Shown here: positions 44,518 through 55,314 of the stretch, in pieces
Layout: each line of letters opens with the position of its first letter
Position numbering within the stretch: the stretch's first letter is position 1
Assembly (NCBI GenBank): GCA_965240325.2
Contig: OZ251226.1
Coordinates: 62,001-126,000 of the forward strand
DNA length: 64,000 bases
From: Rebecca billardiae RCC1528
Taxonomy: Eukaryota > Protista > Haptophyta
Direction: 5' to 3'
Translations under genes and position numbers: made by a program
The notes under the pieces: model-generated
Database searches by the model: none
Told to the model about the DNA's origin: nothing
The model's input: only the letters and a program-made list of their open reading frames with translations

Positions 44518-46053
44518 TCAGTCGTACCGATACCTCAGCCCGTCGCCCGCGCCGCGCGAGCGCGTCGTCTGCACCCCCTCCGGGAAGGGCGGCCACATGC
44601 GCCGCCGCACCCACGGCAGCGCGAGCCCCGCGCTGCTCAGCTCCGCGTGGCCGCGCGCGACCGCGCTGAAGGGCGGGCGGCGCGGCGGCGCGTTCAGCGC
44701 CGCCAGCTCGTCGAGCTCGTCGGCAAGGTCGGGCTCGGCGGTGGCCTGGAGCTCGGCGGCGAGCGCGAGCGGGTCGACCCCGGCCCAGCGCGCCGGCGTC
44801 GCGCTGAGGCTCGTCGACGTGCTCCCGCCGTCCGGCGTCGAGCCGCCGCCGGGCGTCGACGCGCTGGGGCTGCGCGCTGCCGGCTCGCCGCGCAGCGCCG
44901 CGGCTGCGTGGAGCGGCGAAGGTGGCGTGGCGGGGTGGCTGGGGCTCGCGTCGCCGGCCTCGGGCCCGGGCGCGCGGGGGCTCGCGGGCTCGAGGCCCGG
45001 CAGCGCCGTCGGCTCGCCCGCCTCGCCGCCGCGCTCACCGCCGCCGCGGCCGCCGAGGCCGCCGGCGGACGGACTGCCCGCGGCTGCGCCAGAGCCACGC
45101 GGCGAGTGCGCGCGCGCGCGCGCCGAGCGCGGCGGCGCGCGCGGCGCGCGCTCGAGCTTGAGGGTCGAGATGGGCGAGGTGGGCCCGGCGGGGTGCACGT
45201 GCGTGCCGCGCCGGCCCGCGGCGCGCTCGGCCGCGAGGTAGAACACCACGATCGCGCACGCGAGCAGCACGAGCACCGCCCAGGCCGCGTCGGTGCCGCC
45301 CAGAGCGGGCGCGGTGCCCGGGGCGAGGCCGAGCCCTGCTGCTGCGCCGCGCTTGCCGCCGAGCGCGCGCAGCCGCCGGCCGAGCGCGTGCTGCGCGCGG
45401 CGGGCCATGGCGCCGACGCCCTCGGCCGTGCGCACCGACGCGAAGCGCTCCCCGCGCTCGAGCGCGCGCGCCGTGCGCCCCTCCAGCCGCATGCTCGCAC
45501 CGCGGCCGGCGCGCGGCGCGGCCACGCACCGCTCCGCGCCCAGCCCTGTGCAGAGCAAGGGCGGGGCGTCGCGCGCGGCGCGCGGGCGGAGCGAGCGCGG
45601 CGGCGCGGGGAGCGCGCGCTGCGGAGGGGCCGGCTCGGGCTGCACCGTCCACGCGCGCCGGCGGCGCGAGCCGCACTCGACCAGCGCCGGCCAGCCGCCG
45701 CGCACGCCGAGGCAGACGCCACCCGCCGGGTCGGAGACGCGCACCGGCACGGCGGCGGCGGCGTGCGGCGCGCGGCTGCGGGAGAGGACGTAGCTGGCGA
45801 GGCCGGGCGCGAGGCTGCGCGACGTGGTGGCGGCGTGCCGATCCGTCACTGCCACCAGCGCCCACTGCGCGCGCGGCGCGCCGCACGGCATCGGCTGCAG
45901 GCTCGACTTGTCCCGCCCCGCGCACATGGCGGAGGGGGAACCGGCGCGGTCGGGGAGCTGCAGCGTGACGTGGGACGGCGGGGCGCGCGGCTCGAGGGAG
46001 AGCGCCGAGCACGACGCGCACAGCAGCACCGACGCGAGCAGCCGGCGGCCCAT
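44518..46053 (-). CDS. Hypothetical type I membrane protein, possibly with a ricin-B-like (beta-trefoil) lectin ectodomain
   Basis: Signal MGRRLLASVLLCASCSA; two C..(L)..C...(Q)W units (MCAG..LQPMPC..AQW; VCLGV..LVECG..AW); TM AAWAVLVLLACAIVVFYL. The 3' end is uncertain. Confidence 0.5.
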   Translation of the reverse strand: MGRRLLASVLLCASCSALSLEPRAPPSHVTLQLPDRAGSPSAMCAGRDKSSLQPMPCGAPRAQWALVAVTDRHAATTSRSLAPGLASYVLSRSRAPHAAAAVPVRVSDPAGGVCLGVRGGWPALVECGSRRRRAWTVQPEPAPPQRALPAPPRSLRPRAARDAPPLLCTGLGAERCVAAPRAGRGASMRLEGRTARALERGERFASVRTAEGVGAMARRAQHALGRRLRALGGKRGAAAGLGLAPGTAPALGGTDAAWAVLVLLACAIVVFYLAAERAAGRRGTHVHPAGPTSPISTLKLERAPRAPPRSARARAHSPRGSGAAAGSPSAGGLGGRGGGERGGEAGEPTALPGLEPASPRAPGPEAGDASPSHPATPPSPLHAAAALRGEPAARSPSASTPGGGSTPDGGSTSTSLSATPARWAGVDPLALAAELQATAEPDLADELDELAALNAPPRRPPFSAVARGHAELSSAGLALPWVRRRMWPPFPEGVQTTRSRGAGDGLRYRYD

Positions 46054-46351
46054 CCTCGCGAGACGAGAGGGCGGCGCAATGTTGGTCCCCGAGAGGAAGC
46101 TTGGGGATCCCGCGTGAGGGTCGCGCCCGGCTAGCCAAGCCGAGGTTCCACAAGGCGGGTGCGCATCGTCAGCGGCGTTAAGACGCGGGTAATCAAATGC
46201 CTATCATCATTATTTTGACGACACCTATAAGCGGATAAAAGCGAGGCGACTACGGGGTGTGATACAGTTTACTAAGAATAAGAGACGCACACAGCTCAGG
46301 CAGGCGAGATTAGCAGGTGATTGGCTCATCAGTCCGGCGGAACCCCGGTGT

Positions 46352-49300
46352 CAGTCCGGGTCAAGTGCACGCTTCGCGAGATCTGAGCCTCGCGATGGCG
46401 TCGGCCGGGATGCGGCCCCGCAGCCGACGCCCCTCGGCGGAGGGGGCGCGGCGCCGCGGCGCGAGCGAGGAGGCGGCGACGAGGTGCGCGCCTGCACGCA
46501 CCGGTCGTGTGTGGCCCTGCTCCGCGCCTCCGCGGCCAAGCAGCTGCACTCCCTCGCCCGCCCGCCCGCTCGCGCGTGTGGCGTGCGCGCGCGGGGCGGC
46601 CGCGCACCCTCGCGGGGTCGCGCGCGCGTGGCACGGCCGAGGGCGGCCAGGCGGGCGCCGCGCGCGGGGGGCGTGCGTATGACCCCAAGAGCCATCGCGC
46701 GCGCCCGGGCCACCGAGCCGGATACGGCCGCGTTGCGATTTCCGCAACCGCCAGACACGCGCGTGCTCAGAACGGCGCCCCGCGGCCCCGCGTGCGCGCG
46801 CGACGCGCGCGCAGGGCGAGGGAGCGCCGCAGGGGCTGTTTCTGGCGCGGGCAAAGAGGGGCAGGTACAGCTGACTGCCACCATCTCTTCTGACCTGGTC
46901 AGAGAGCGGCTGGCTGCCAGCCGACGTGATCTGTGTGTCTGTCCGTGCGCCGCCGGCCGGCGCGAACAGAGTGCGCACAGCCGAACTCGTACTCGTGAGC
47001 ACGTCCCTCCCACTGGGAGGCGCTCTCGTTCGGAGGGAGGTGCTCTCGTCTGACGACACCACCTCCCTCCGCTGGCGCCGCCCGTTTGACGCTGGTCGGG
47101 ATGGCCGCGTGCGTGCGCAGCGCCCGCCTCGCGTCGCGCGTCCCTAGTGCAGAGCGCGCGCTTGGCCGCGCGCGACGCGGCGGAGTCGAGTCTGACATGC
47201 CCCTGGCCCTCCTGGCGCCGCGCAACGCCGCCCATCGCCGCTCTCACGTGCATGCCTGCCGCGCACGGCTTGGGCTTGTCAGCACAGGCTGGCGGCGGCG
47301 CGCCGGGCCAAGGGCTCGGCCAGTGTTGCGCCCCTCGGCCAGGCCGAGACTTGGCGGAGGCGTGGGTAGTGCCATCGCCCGCCCGGATCCCGGGCCTCGC
47401 CGTCAGAGTGTGCACGCGAGGCGTGCTGTCGTGGTCGACAGGTGAGGCGGTGCGCGCTCGCCCTCGAGCAGGCAGCGGACGTACCGGCAGGCGCGCCACA
47501 CAGCGGGGCTGTCGAGCTGCTTCCGGCTGGGTAGATCGACGGTGCATGCATGCCCCGGTCGGAGGCGTGCGCGGGTTCGGAGGCTGGTGAATGCTCGGCA
47601 GCGGATCCACGTGTCTTGCCGGGCACGGCAGCGCGACAGCTCGGCAACCAGTATCGAGGACGCGCGGCATCAGAGCGCTGGCCGGCGTGCTGGCAGGCTC
47701 AAACGCCGGGCCGATGCCTGCGCCTTGGCCGGGACGTAGACTGCTGCGGGCGGTGGCTCAGTGATGGTGGAGACCGGTGGCTGGCTCGGTGGACGGTTCG
47801 GCGGCCCGACGAAGACGGGCTGTGAGACGGCTGAGGCGGCGGCGCGGCGGCGGGATCGCCGCGTCACTGTCGCTCTCGGTCAGAGCTTTGCGGTGACACA
47901 GCGCGGCCAAGCTCTGGGTGTTGGTGCTGACGCTGCCATGTTGTCGCACGGGCCACCCGCTTGGCTCTGGCTCACCGATGCCCGGACATGCTGAAGCAGG
48001 GCTCTGCGGGATGGCTGCGTCACCTCAGTAAGGCTGAGTCCGTGAGAGGGATGGTCGTCGCTGCCCAGTCTGGTCGAGTTTGATGAACTGACTTAGACTA
48101 TTACTCGGGCGCCTCCAACATTCGGATGCGGCAATATTATAAGCATCATGAGCCTCAGGCAGGCAGTCTCAGGTCGCGTGTCGTCAGGAGCAGGCCCCGG
48201 GCGCGCTGGCCGGGCACTCGCAGCCGAAGGACCGCAATCGATCAAGGATTGATTGCCAAGTCGTCAGCCGACTGTGAAGCTGAGCCTGAGGATGCCCCTC
48301 TGCTGCCGGGCCGCGAGACGATCGAATAAAAATAATGATATATTATATGACGATGACGCGACGATAGTGATGCAGCCGCGATAGTAGACGGCTACTATAC
48401 GGTTGTCGTTACGTGACTGCTAATATGCAACATGCGGCGTCAGCTCCTGCTGTGGAACTCGATCTACCAGATCGACCGCCTGGTGATGACGCCGATCGAT
48501 CTCCCTCACGAACTCAGCCCTCCCGTGGTGACGTAGGGAGTCCCGCGGAGCTACTCCGGCCAGGAGGCTTTGACCTTCAGACTCTTCCCACCGCCATCGC
48601 CAGCGCCGAACCAGCCATGCTGGCCGCCGCGCGAGCCCACTGATCAAGCCCGCCTCTGCCGCTTCCGCCACCGAGCCCGCGTCCATCCCCACCACCCTCG
48701 CTGCCGCCCAGACTGCCCGGCCGTCTGCTTCTCTGGCCATCCGCCAAGCCGCAAGCGGCCCGTCGGCCGCGGGCCGTGGGTGGCGGGTCAGCTGCATACC
48801 GTCGCCGCTACCGAGCCCGTCGCCGAGCCCGCCACTGTCACCGCCTACGTCGCCGCCACCAAGCCCGCCGCCGAGCCCGCAACCGTCACTGCCTACATCT
48901 CCGCCACCAAGCCCTCTACCATCATCGCCGCCATCAGCACAGCCGCCGACCCGACCGCCGAGCTCGCTGCCGAGCCTGCCACCGTCACCGCCAGGTCAGA
49001 AGAGATGGTGGCAGTCAGCTGTACCTGCCCCTCTTTGCCCGCGCCAGAAACAGCCCCTGCGGCGCTCCCTCGCCCTGCGCGCGCGTCGCGCGCGCGCGCG
49101 GGGCCGAGGGGCGCCGTTCTGAGCACGCGCGTGTCTGGCGGTTGCGGAAATCGCAACGCGGCCGTATCCGGCTCGGTGGCCCGGGCGCGCGCGATGGCTC
49201 TTGGGGTCATACGCACGCCCCCCGCGCGCGGCGCCCGCCTGGCCGCCCTCGGCCGTGCCACGCGCGCGCGACCCCGCGAGGGTGCGCGGCCGCCCCGCGC

Positions 49301-49537
49301 GCGCACGCCACACGCGCGAGCGGGCGGGCGGGCGAGGGAGTGCAGCTGCTTGGCCGCGGAGGCGCGGAGCAGGGCCACACACGACCGGTGCGTGCAGGCG
49401 CGCACCTCGTCGCCGCCTCCTCGCTCGCGCCGCGGCGCCGCGCCCCCTCCGCCGAGGGGCGTCGGCTGCGGGGCCGCATCCCGGCCGACGCCATCGCGAG
49501 GCTCAGATCTCGCGAAGCGTGCACTTGACCCGGACTG
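46352..49537. repeat. 547-bp near-identical inverted duplication (46352-46898 / 48991-49537); possible foldback element
   Basis: Arms are reverse complements with about 2 mismatches seen; TGT flanks both outer ends. Confidence 0.9.
48799..48995 (+). pseudogene. Fragment of a Ser/Pro-rich (extensin-like) coding sequence
   Basis: The frame from 48799 reads PSPLPSPSPSPPLSPPTSPPPSPPPSPQPSLP..., cut off by the inverted-repeat arm at 48991. Confidence 0.45.
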
Positions 49538-49589
49538 TGTTCCGTTCACTCCGCCAGACCGCCTGAGCCCCGCCCCCCGCACGGCCGTC

Positions 49590-50042
49590 ATGGGGAAGGG
49601 CGAGTGCTTCAAGATCGTCAACAAAACGCCGTATACCATCAGCCCCGTGGACCAGGGGCAGGGCTCCATGAACCAGTGGGGGCCCTTCAACGACATCTTG
49701 CCTGGAGCGACCATGCAGTCGTACTTTGAGTTTGACGAGTCCATCTTCAACGACACGAGTGGCGACTCGGCTTACGTGGGGTACGACCTTCAAGGTAGCG
49801 GCGACGGATGGTCATCTGCCTTCACTATCGGCGTTGGCACGCAAGGCAACATGCAGGACCCGTCTAATCCCGCGTTTTATGTGCCGAATATTGGGAACGG
49901 TGGCCCGTTCCAGGCCGAGATGGCCGCCACGAGCGCTTCAACGTGCGTTCTGCCGGACAAGAACCCCACGTACCTCGTCACGATCACTGGTTCAGCCCCG
50001 TCGTCGTACATAGGCCCGTCTGGCCCATACTACTCACCCTAA
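49590..50042 (+). CDS. Small 150-aa beta-rich protein, possibly aegerolysin/actinoporin-like fold
   Basis: MGKGECFKIVNKTPYTI...GSMNQWGPFNDILPGATMQSYFEF...AYVGYDL...FTIGV. Intronless with normal coding composition; the I.N.T...W....I.PG pattern recalls small beta-sandwich lipid-binding proteins. Confidence 0.55.
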   Translation: MGKGECFKIVNKTPYTISPVDQGQGSMNQWGPFNDILPGATMQSYFEFDESIFNDTSGDSAYVGYDLQGSGDGWSSAFTIGVGTQGNMQDPSNPAFYVPNIGNGGPFQAEMAATSASTCVLPDKNPTYLVTITGSAPSSYIGPSGPYYSP

Positions 50043-51087
50043 TGACCTGTTGCCAAAGCTACGCAGGCTTCCGCGCCCGCGGATGCCGGGCCTGACGAGT
50101 GACGGACCGCGGGGGGCGCGGTCGGCGCGGTGCCGCCGCGGTCATAGTGCGGGAGGCATCCGGCGGCACAGTGTCATTGACGTGACTCGCGTTGCGGTTT
50201 GACTCGTTTGGCGGATCGTCCTGGGCCTGGCTCCCGCTCCTCGGCGCGCCCAGTCGTCCGCGTCGCCACGTCGGCCTACTTCGCCGACTACGCTATACAG
50301 CGCTACAGCTGCTACTCGTATCTGGTGACTCGGTACGGTTCATGACTGATGACTCCTTGGTGAGGGCAGAATAATAATGAGACATCAAAAATCCGCGATG
50401 AGCAGTCGATCTCAAGTCCAGCAGGGGCAACCAGGAGCGCCCAGGCACTGAGGCAAGCCACCGTACAGCACGCCCTGTCCCTGAGTGCGCAGTGTCACCA
50501 CGGGGGGTCCTGGCGGCCGCAGTGGCCCCCCTGAGCCGGCCCACCTCGAGCCCAATGGGAGCGCACAGAGGGCAGCAGCAGCGGCTGCCACCCTGGGCAC
50601 GGTTCGAGAGGCTGGCACCCCGTTGGCAGATGCACTCCTCCCCTGTGTGGCAGCAGGGGCGAACACCACAGTCGTCCTGGTCACCAGAGACCCTCCCACC
50701 GGCGCCCCTCTTCGTATGGTCCAGGTCTTCCACAGCCCAGGCTCCCCCCAGTACAACCGGCACGACCCGCTGCACATTGAGGTGCTACCCTGGCCCCAAG
50801 TGGCCACCAGGCTGGCAGCGGGCGCAATCGGACAGACCAGGGTCATCTCTCACTGGAGAGGCCATTACAGGACCACAGTCCCAAGGGCACGGCCAGGTCA
50901 GGCCCACTGAGGCCACAGGCCCGCAGGCAGAACTCAGGCTGGCCAGAGGCCCCTGCTGGGGAGGGTGGGGGAACTGCCCAAGCGCCGGGGGGGGGGGGGG
51001 GGGGGGGGGGGGGACGAGCTCAACCAGAACCACCAGGCCCAGCAGAGACACGACCATCCCCCACAAGTACCGGAACCAGTCCCCGAC

Positions 51088-51700
51088 GGCGAGTCCAACT
51101 ACTACTAACTTCGGCGAGTCCAACTACTACAAACTTCTGCGAGTCCATGACGACTACTACTAACTTCGGCAAGTCCAACTACTACTAACTTCGGCGAGTC
51201 CAACTACTACTAACTTCGGCGAGTCCAACTACTACTAACCTCGGCGAGTCCAACTACTACGAACCTCGGCGAGTCCAACTACGACTAACTTCGGCGAGTC
51301 CAACTACTACTAACTTCGGCGAGCCCAACTACCACTAACTTCAGCGAGTCCAACTACCGTACTAACTTCGGCGAGTCCAACTACTACTAACTTCGGTGAG
51401 TCCAACTACTACTAACTTCGGCGAGTCCAACTACTACTAACTTCGGCGAGTCCAACTACTACTTCGGCGAGTCCAACTACTACTAACTTCGGGGAGTCCA
51501 ACTACTACTACTAACTTCGGCGAGTCCAACTACTACTAACTTCGGCGAGTCCAACTACTACCAATTTCGGCGAGTCCAACTACTACTAACTCAGGCGAGT
51601 CCAACTACTACTAACTTCGGCGAGTCCAACTACTACCAACTTCGGCGAGTCCAACTACTACTAACTCAGGCGATCGAGTCCAACTACTACTAACTTCGGC
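51088..51700. repeat. 25-bp minisatellite (ACTAACTTCGGCGAGTCCAACTACT)n, ~24 copies
   Basis: Head-to-tail units with point variants and ACT-number slippage; no unique spacers. Confidence 0.95.
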
Positions 51701-52149
51701 CACAACATCATCCACCAGCTGCTGACCAAGAACAGGCTACACCATCGTCCACCATGACCTGCCACTGACCAAGTAGGCGACGACATCATCCGCACCAGCT
51801 GCTGACCAAGTAGGGGACGGCCTGGCCGACGCCAACATGCTCACTCGCCTTTGATTTCGTACCCATGCACTTCCTGGTGGGCCTGACGACGTCCGGACGA
51901 CGACAACAACGACATCCGCCATGGGGACCAACATCAACGCGCTCACACCACTGCCACTGCTGCAAGCTTCGACCTTAAATCATAGAATTAGTCTGGATCT
52001 AAAATCCGGAGGGGCGGCGGTGATCGTGCCGGACCACGAACAGGGGCGAAGGCGCCAAACCCTCCAGTGCCGCTCGCGCCAAAAGCCGTGCTGCCAGCGC
52101 GAGCGGGCGCGTGAGAGGAGAGCGTGTGTGTGCGGGGCGGCTCAGGGAC

Positions 52150-53722
52150 ATGGCGCGCGACGAGCAGCTGAAGCAGAGCATGGCAGCAGCTTGCTACGCT
52201 GGCGATGCACAGGCGCTGCGGACGCTCCTCGCCCCGGGCCTCGATCTCGAATGCCCGCTTGCGTACGGGCGGACTGCTCTGATGCTCGCATGCATGTACG
52301 GACACACCGAGTGCGCGCGGCTGCTGCTCGAGGCGGGCGCATCGACGAAGACCACGGCCGCAAGCATTGGGAAAGCCCTGGCGTGCGCGTGCTTTCACGA
52401 CCACGCGCCTTGCGCACGGCTGCTCATCGATGCGGGAGCCGACGTGAACGTGGGCGATCAGGGGCAGCCTCGAGCCACTGCGCTCTGCTTTGCCAGCAGC
52501 TCCGGTGCCGCGGCGTGCGTGCGCGTCCTCCTCGAAGCTCGCGCGTGCGTCGATCAGCTGAACTCCGATGGATCTCGTGCCATCCACTTTGCGTGCGCCT
52601 TCGGCCAACCCGAGTGCGTGCAGCTGCCCCTCGCGGCGCGCGCTGACGTTCACGGCGCGTGCAGCGCTGGCTACTCATCGCTTGCTTCCGCCGTGCGGGG
52701 GCTGCACGTGCCGTGCGTGGAGCTGCTCCTCGATGCCAACGCCGATATTGACGAAGGTGTGCCGGTGCGCGGAGCGAAGGGGGTGTACCAATCGCTGCTG
52801 CTCACCGCAGTGCTCACCACACCGCAGTACCGCACCGACCACACGCCCGCCGAGCGGCTGCGTGTGACGCAGCTGCTGTGCAAGGCCCAAGCGCTGCGCG
52901 GACCACGCAGCTCGGACCGCTCTGACCTCACCGATCGCGAGGACGCCGCCGTCTGTCTTCAGGCGACGTGGGGGCTGATCGGGCAGGGCAAGCCCGACGA
53001 GCTGTTGGCCTGGGTGGAGCGCGCGTCGCGCTGGCGCACGGCCCTGCAGCACGTCGAGCTGCTGAGCGAGGCGGAGGCGGTGGCGCAGCTGCGCGCGCTC
53101 ACCGACGCCGACGCCCTCCAGATCGGCTTCAAGGGCGAGCCGTCGCCCCTCGAGCTGGCGCACGAGGCGCTCGTCGACAATCCGCGCCACGGCGCGGCGC
53201 TGGCTGTAGTGGCCGCGGCGGGCCGCTGGAGCCCCAACACGCACCACCTATTTCCGCCGCGCGCACGCGCGCGCGCTGTGGAGCTGCTGCTGCTCGGGTA
53301 CGAGCTGGCCGCGGACGGAAGGTTTGACGGCGGCATGCACTCGGGCGTGGCGCAGCAGCTGTGGGTGGAGCGCGTGCTGCCACACGCGGTCGACCGTGGG
53401 CACGCGCCGCTGCGTGCGAGCGCGCGAGTGTGCGCAGCGTGCGGCAGCTGCGGCTGGCACCGGTGCGGTCAGTGCAAGGCTGTGTACTGCAGGTGCGCGC
53501 GCGGCCGCGCCCACGACCCAACCAGGCGCGGGCGGCTATCGGGCGCGCTGGCAGCTCTGCCCTCACACGCGGTGCGCAACCCACCCACTCTGCCCGCTTG
53601 ACCTGACCACGCTGGACGTGCGTCGCTGGGGTGTCAGTGAGGAGTGCCAGCGCCGCGATTGGCCGAAGCACCGCAAGCGCTGCCGTCTCCAGGCTCACCG
53701 GGCTGCCAAGAAATGTAAGTGA
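52150..53722 (+). CDS. Ankyrin-repeat protein with C-terminal MYND zinc finger; intron 53493-53637
   Basis: Ankyrin repeats (GRTALMLACMYGHTECARLLLEAGA, LLIDAGADVN, GSRAIHFACAFGQPECV). The spliced CAACG...HRCGQCKAVYC|SEECQRRDWPKHRKRC is a MYND finger. Confidence 0.88.
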
Positions 53723-54636
53723 GCATCGATTATTGGCGACGCCCACCGCGCAGCAGCCACTCAACGCCGCGTCCGGGTGCTGCCTCACTGTCAGTGTCGT
53801 GTTGCAGGTAGTAGGTACAGTACTCCGCCATGACTGATCAGCAGCATAATTGATATGACGATTGACGAGCGTAATTATATAATAATTATATATATGTTGC
53901 ACTCTGAGCCTGACGCTTGGCCGATGCTGCCACGTCGTTAAATATATATATCAGTCGTCGCACTTTATTTTTCTACTTATTATTATTATTGACGAGCACT
54001 GGGCTTCGTGAGTTGAATAAGTTCGATCACTACGCGACACGGCCTATACACGGCCGATAAGTCTGAGACACGCGAATCCGTCATCATCATCCTGTTTTGT
54101 CTATACAGTAGCAGACTGCTAAGAGTGCTCGATATCTTCGAGCGAGTGATAGCTCATGGTTGATTACTACAAGGGCCGCACCCCCGATGGCTGGAGCGCG
54201 CCAGGGTGGGGTGTCGCCGACCTGCGAAGTCAAAGTGGAGCAGATTATAATGCATAATTATAATATAATTTAGTATTTACAAAGAATCAAGATTGACGCT
54301 TATTTGACGCACACAGCTCAAGCAGGCGAGATTGCCACGCCCGGCCTAATCTGTCACCGCCCATGAAGCCGTCGGCGTCGCCGATGAAACGCCGTCGGAA
54401 GGTTCATTCAGCCGTCCTACTACGTAGTATCTGAGACCAACAAGACCAAGACCGCATGACCTTGCGCCAGAAACCGAAGGCGCGCGAGAAAAACATGCGA
54501 CGAAAAAGAAGATAATTATGACAACTACGACCTATTCTGCTGAGCCATCTGAGGGTGGTGCAGGAGCGTTTCGAGTCCGGTTGATCGCGAAACAGTTCTT
54601 GAGTCTTGACGTCCGCCGCAAGCCGCCGAACAAGAC

Positions 54637-55314
54637 ATGAAGGCCGCCGCCGCTCTCGCCGCGCTCGTCGCGCTCACCTCGCCGTACGGCGGGGAGAGCC
54701 ACACGCTGGGCAACACGGAGGTGGCGAAGGTGCGCGATCAGCTCGTGAGCTTTCTTGAGCTCACCATCTCGCGCATGAACGCGACAAGCACGCTCGACGC
54801 GTCCCAGCTCGTGAGCGACATCGTGGACGGCACATCCTCGACGACCGGCCTCGTGGTCGGGAAGGCGGGGATCAAGCACAAGGCGGGCGAAGGGCCGACG
54901 CTGCTCAACTCGACGCTGCTCGCAAGCGCGCGCGGCGAGCTCGTCAGCCACCTGGAGATCATGATCGGCAAGATGAACTCCACTGCCAAGGTGGACGCGC
55001 AGGCGCTGTTGGACGATCTGATCGACGAGATTGCCGCGGTGACCGGCGTGCCGTCGGCCGCGGTGCCGCTCGTTCCCGGCTTCTCGGACGTGGTGCGGCT
55101 CCGCCTGAGCATGCATGACGCCATGATCGACGGCGTCGGCCTGCTGCCCCTCACGATCGCCTACCTCGCAGGCGCGTGCTTGACAGCGCTCGCGCTCGCG
55201 CTCGCGGTATGGACGCACCGCCTCGCCGCTAAGCGCGTCGACCCGAGCGGGCTCCTCACGCGGCCGGTGCTCGGAGGGACAGCCACAAGCGGGTATGCGC
55301 GCGTCGTGAGCTGA
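54637..55314 (+). CDS. Hypothetical small membrane protein with a duplicated helical unit
   Basis: Signal-like N-terminus; internal repeat RDQLVSFLELTISRMNATSTLDASQLVSDIVD / RGELVSHLEIMIGKMNSTAKVDAQALLDDLID; C-terminal TM. Confidence 0.7.
   Translation: MKAAAALAALVALTSPYGGESHTLGNTEVAKVRDQLVSFLELTISRMNATSTLDASQLVSDIVDGTSSTTGLVVGKAGIKHKAGEGPTLLNSTLLASARGELVSHLEIMIGKMNSTAKVDAQALLDDLIDEIAAVTGVPSAAVPLVPGFSDVVRLRLSMHDAMIDGVGLLPLTIAYLAGACLTALALALAVWTHRLAAKRVDPSGLLTRPVLGGTATSGYARVVS

Noticed and set aside
48570-49589. N-terminal extension of the 490-aa ORF
   Set aside because: It runs through a pseudogene fragment and the inverted-repeat arm; the credible CDS starts at ATG 49590.
51088-51700. Possible CRISPR array
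   Set aside because: Units are head-to-tail with no unique spacers, there are no cas genes and the context is eukaryotic; it is a minisatellite.
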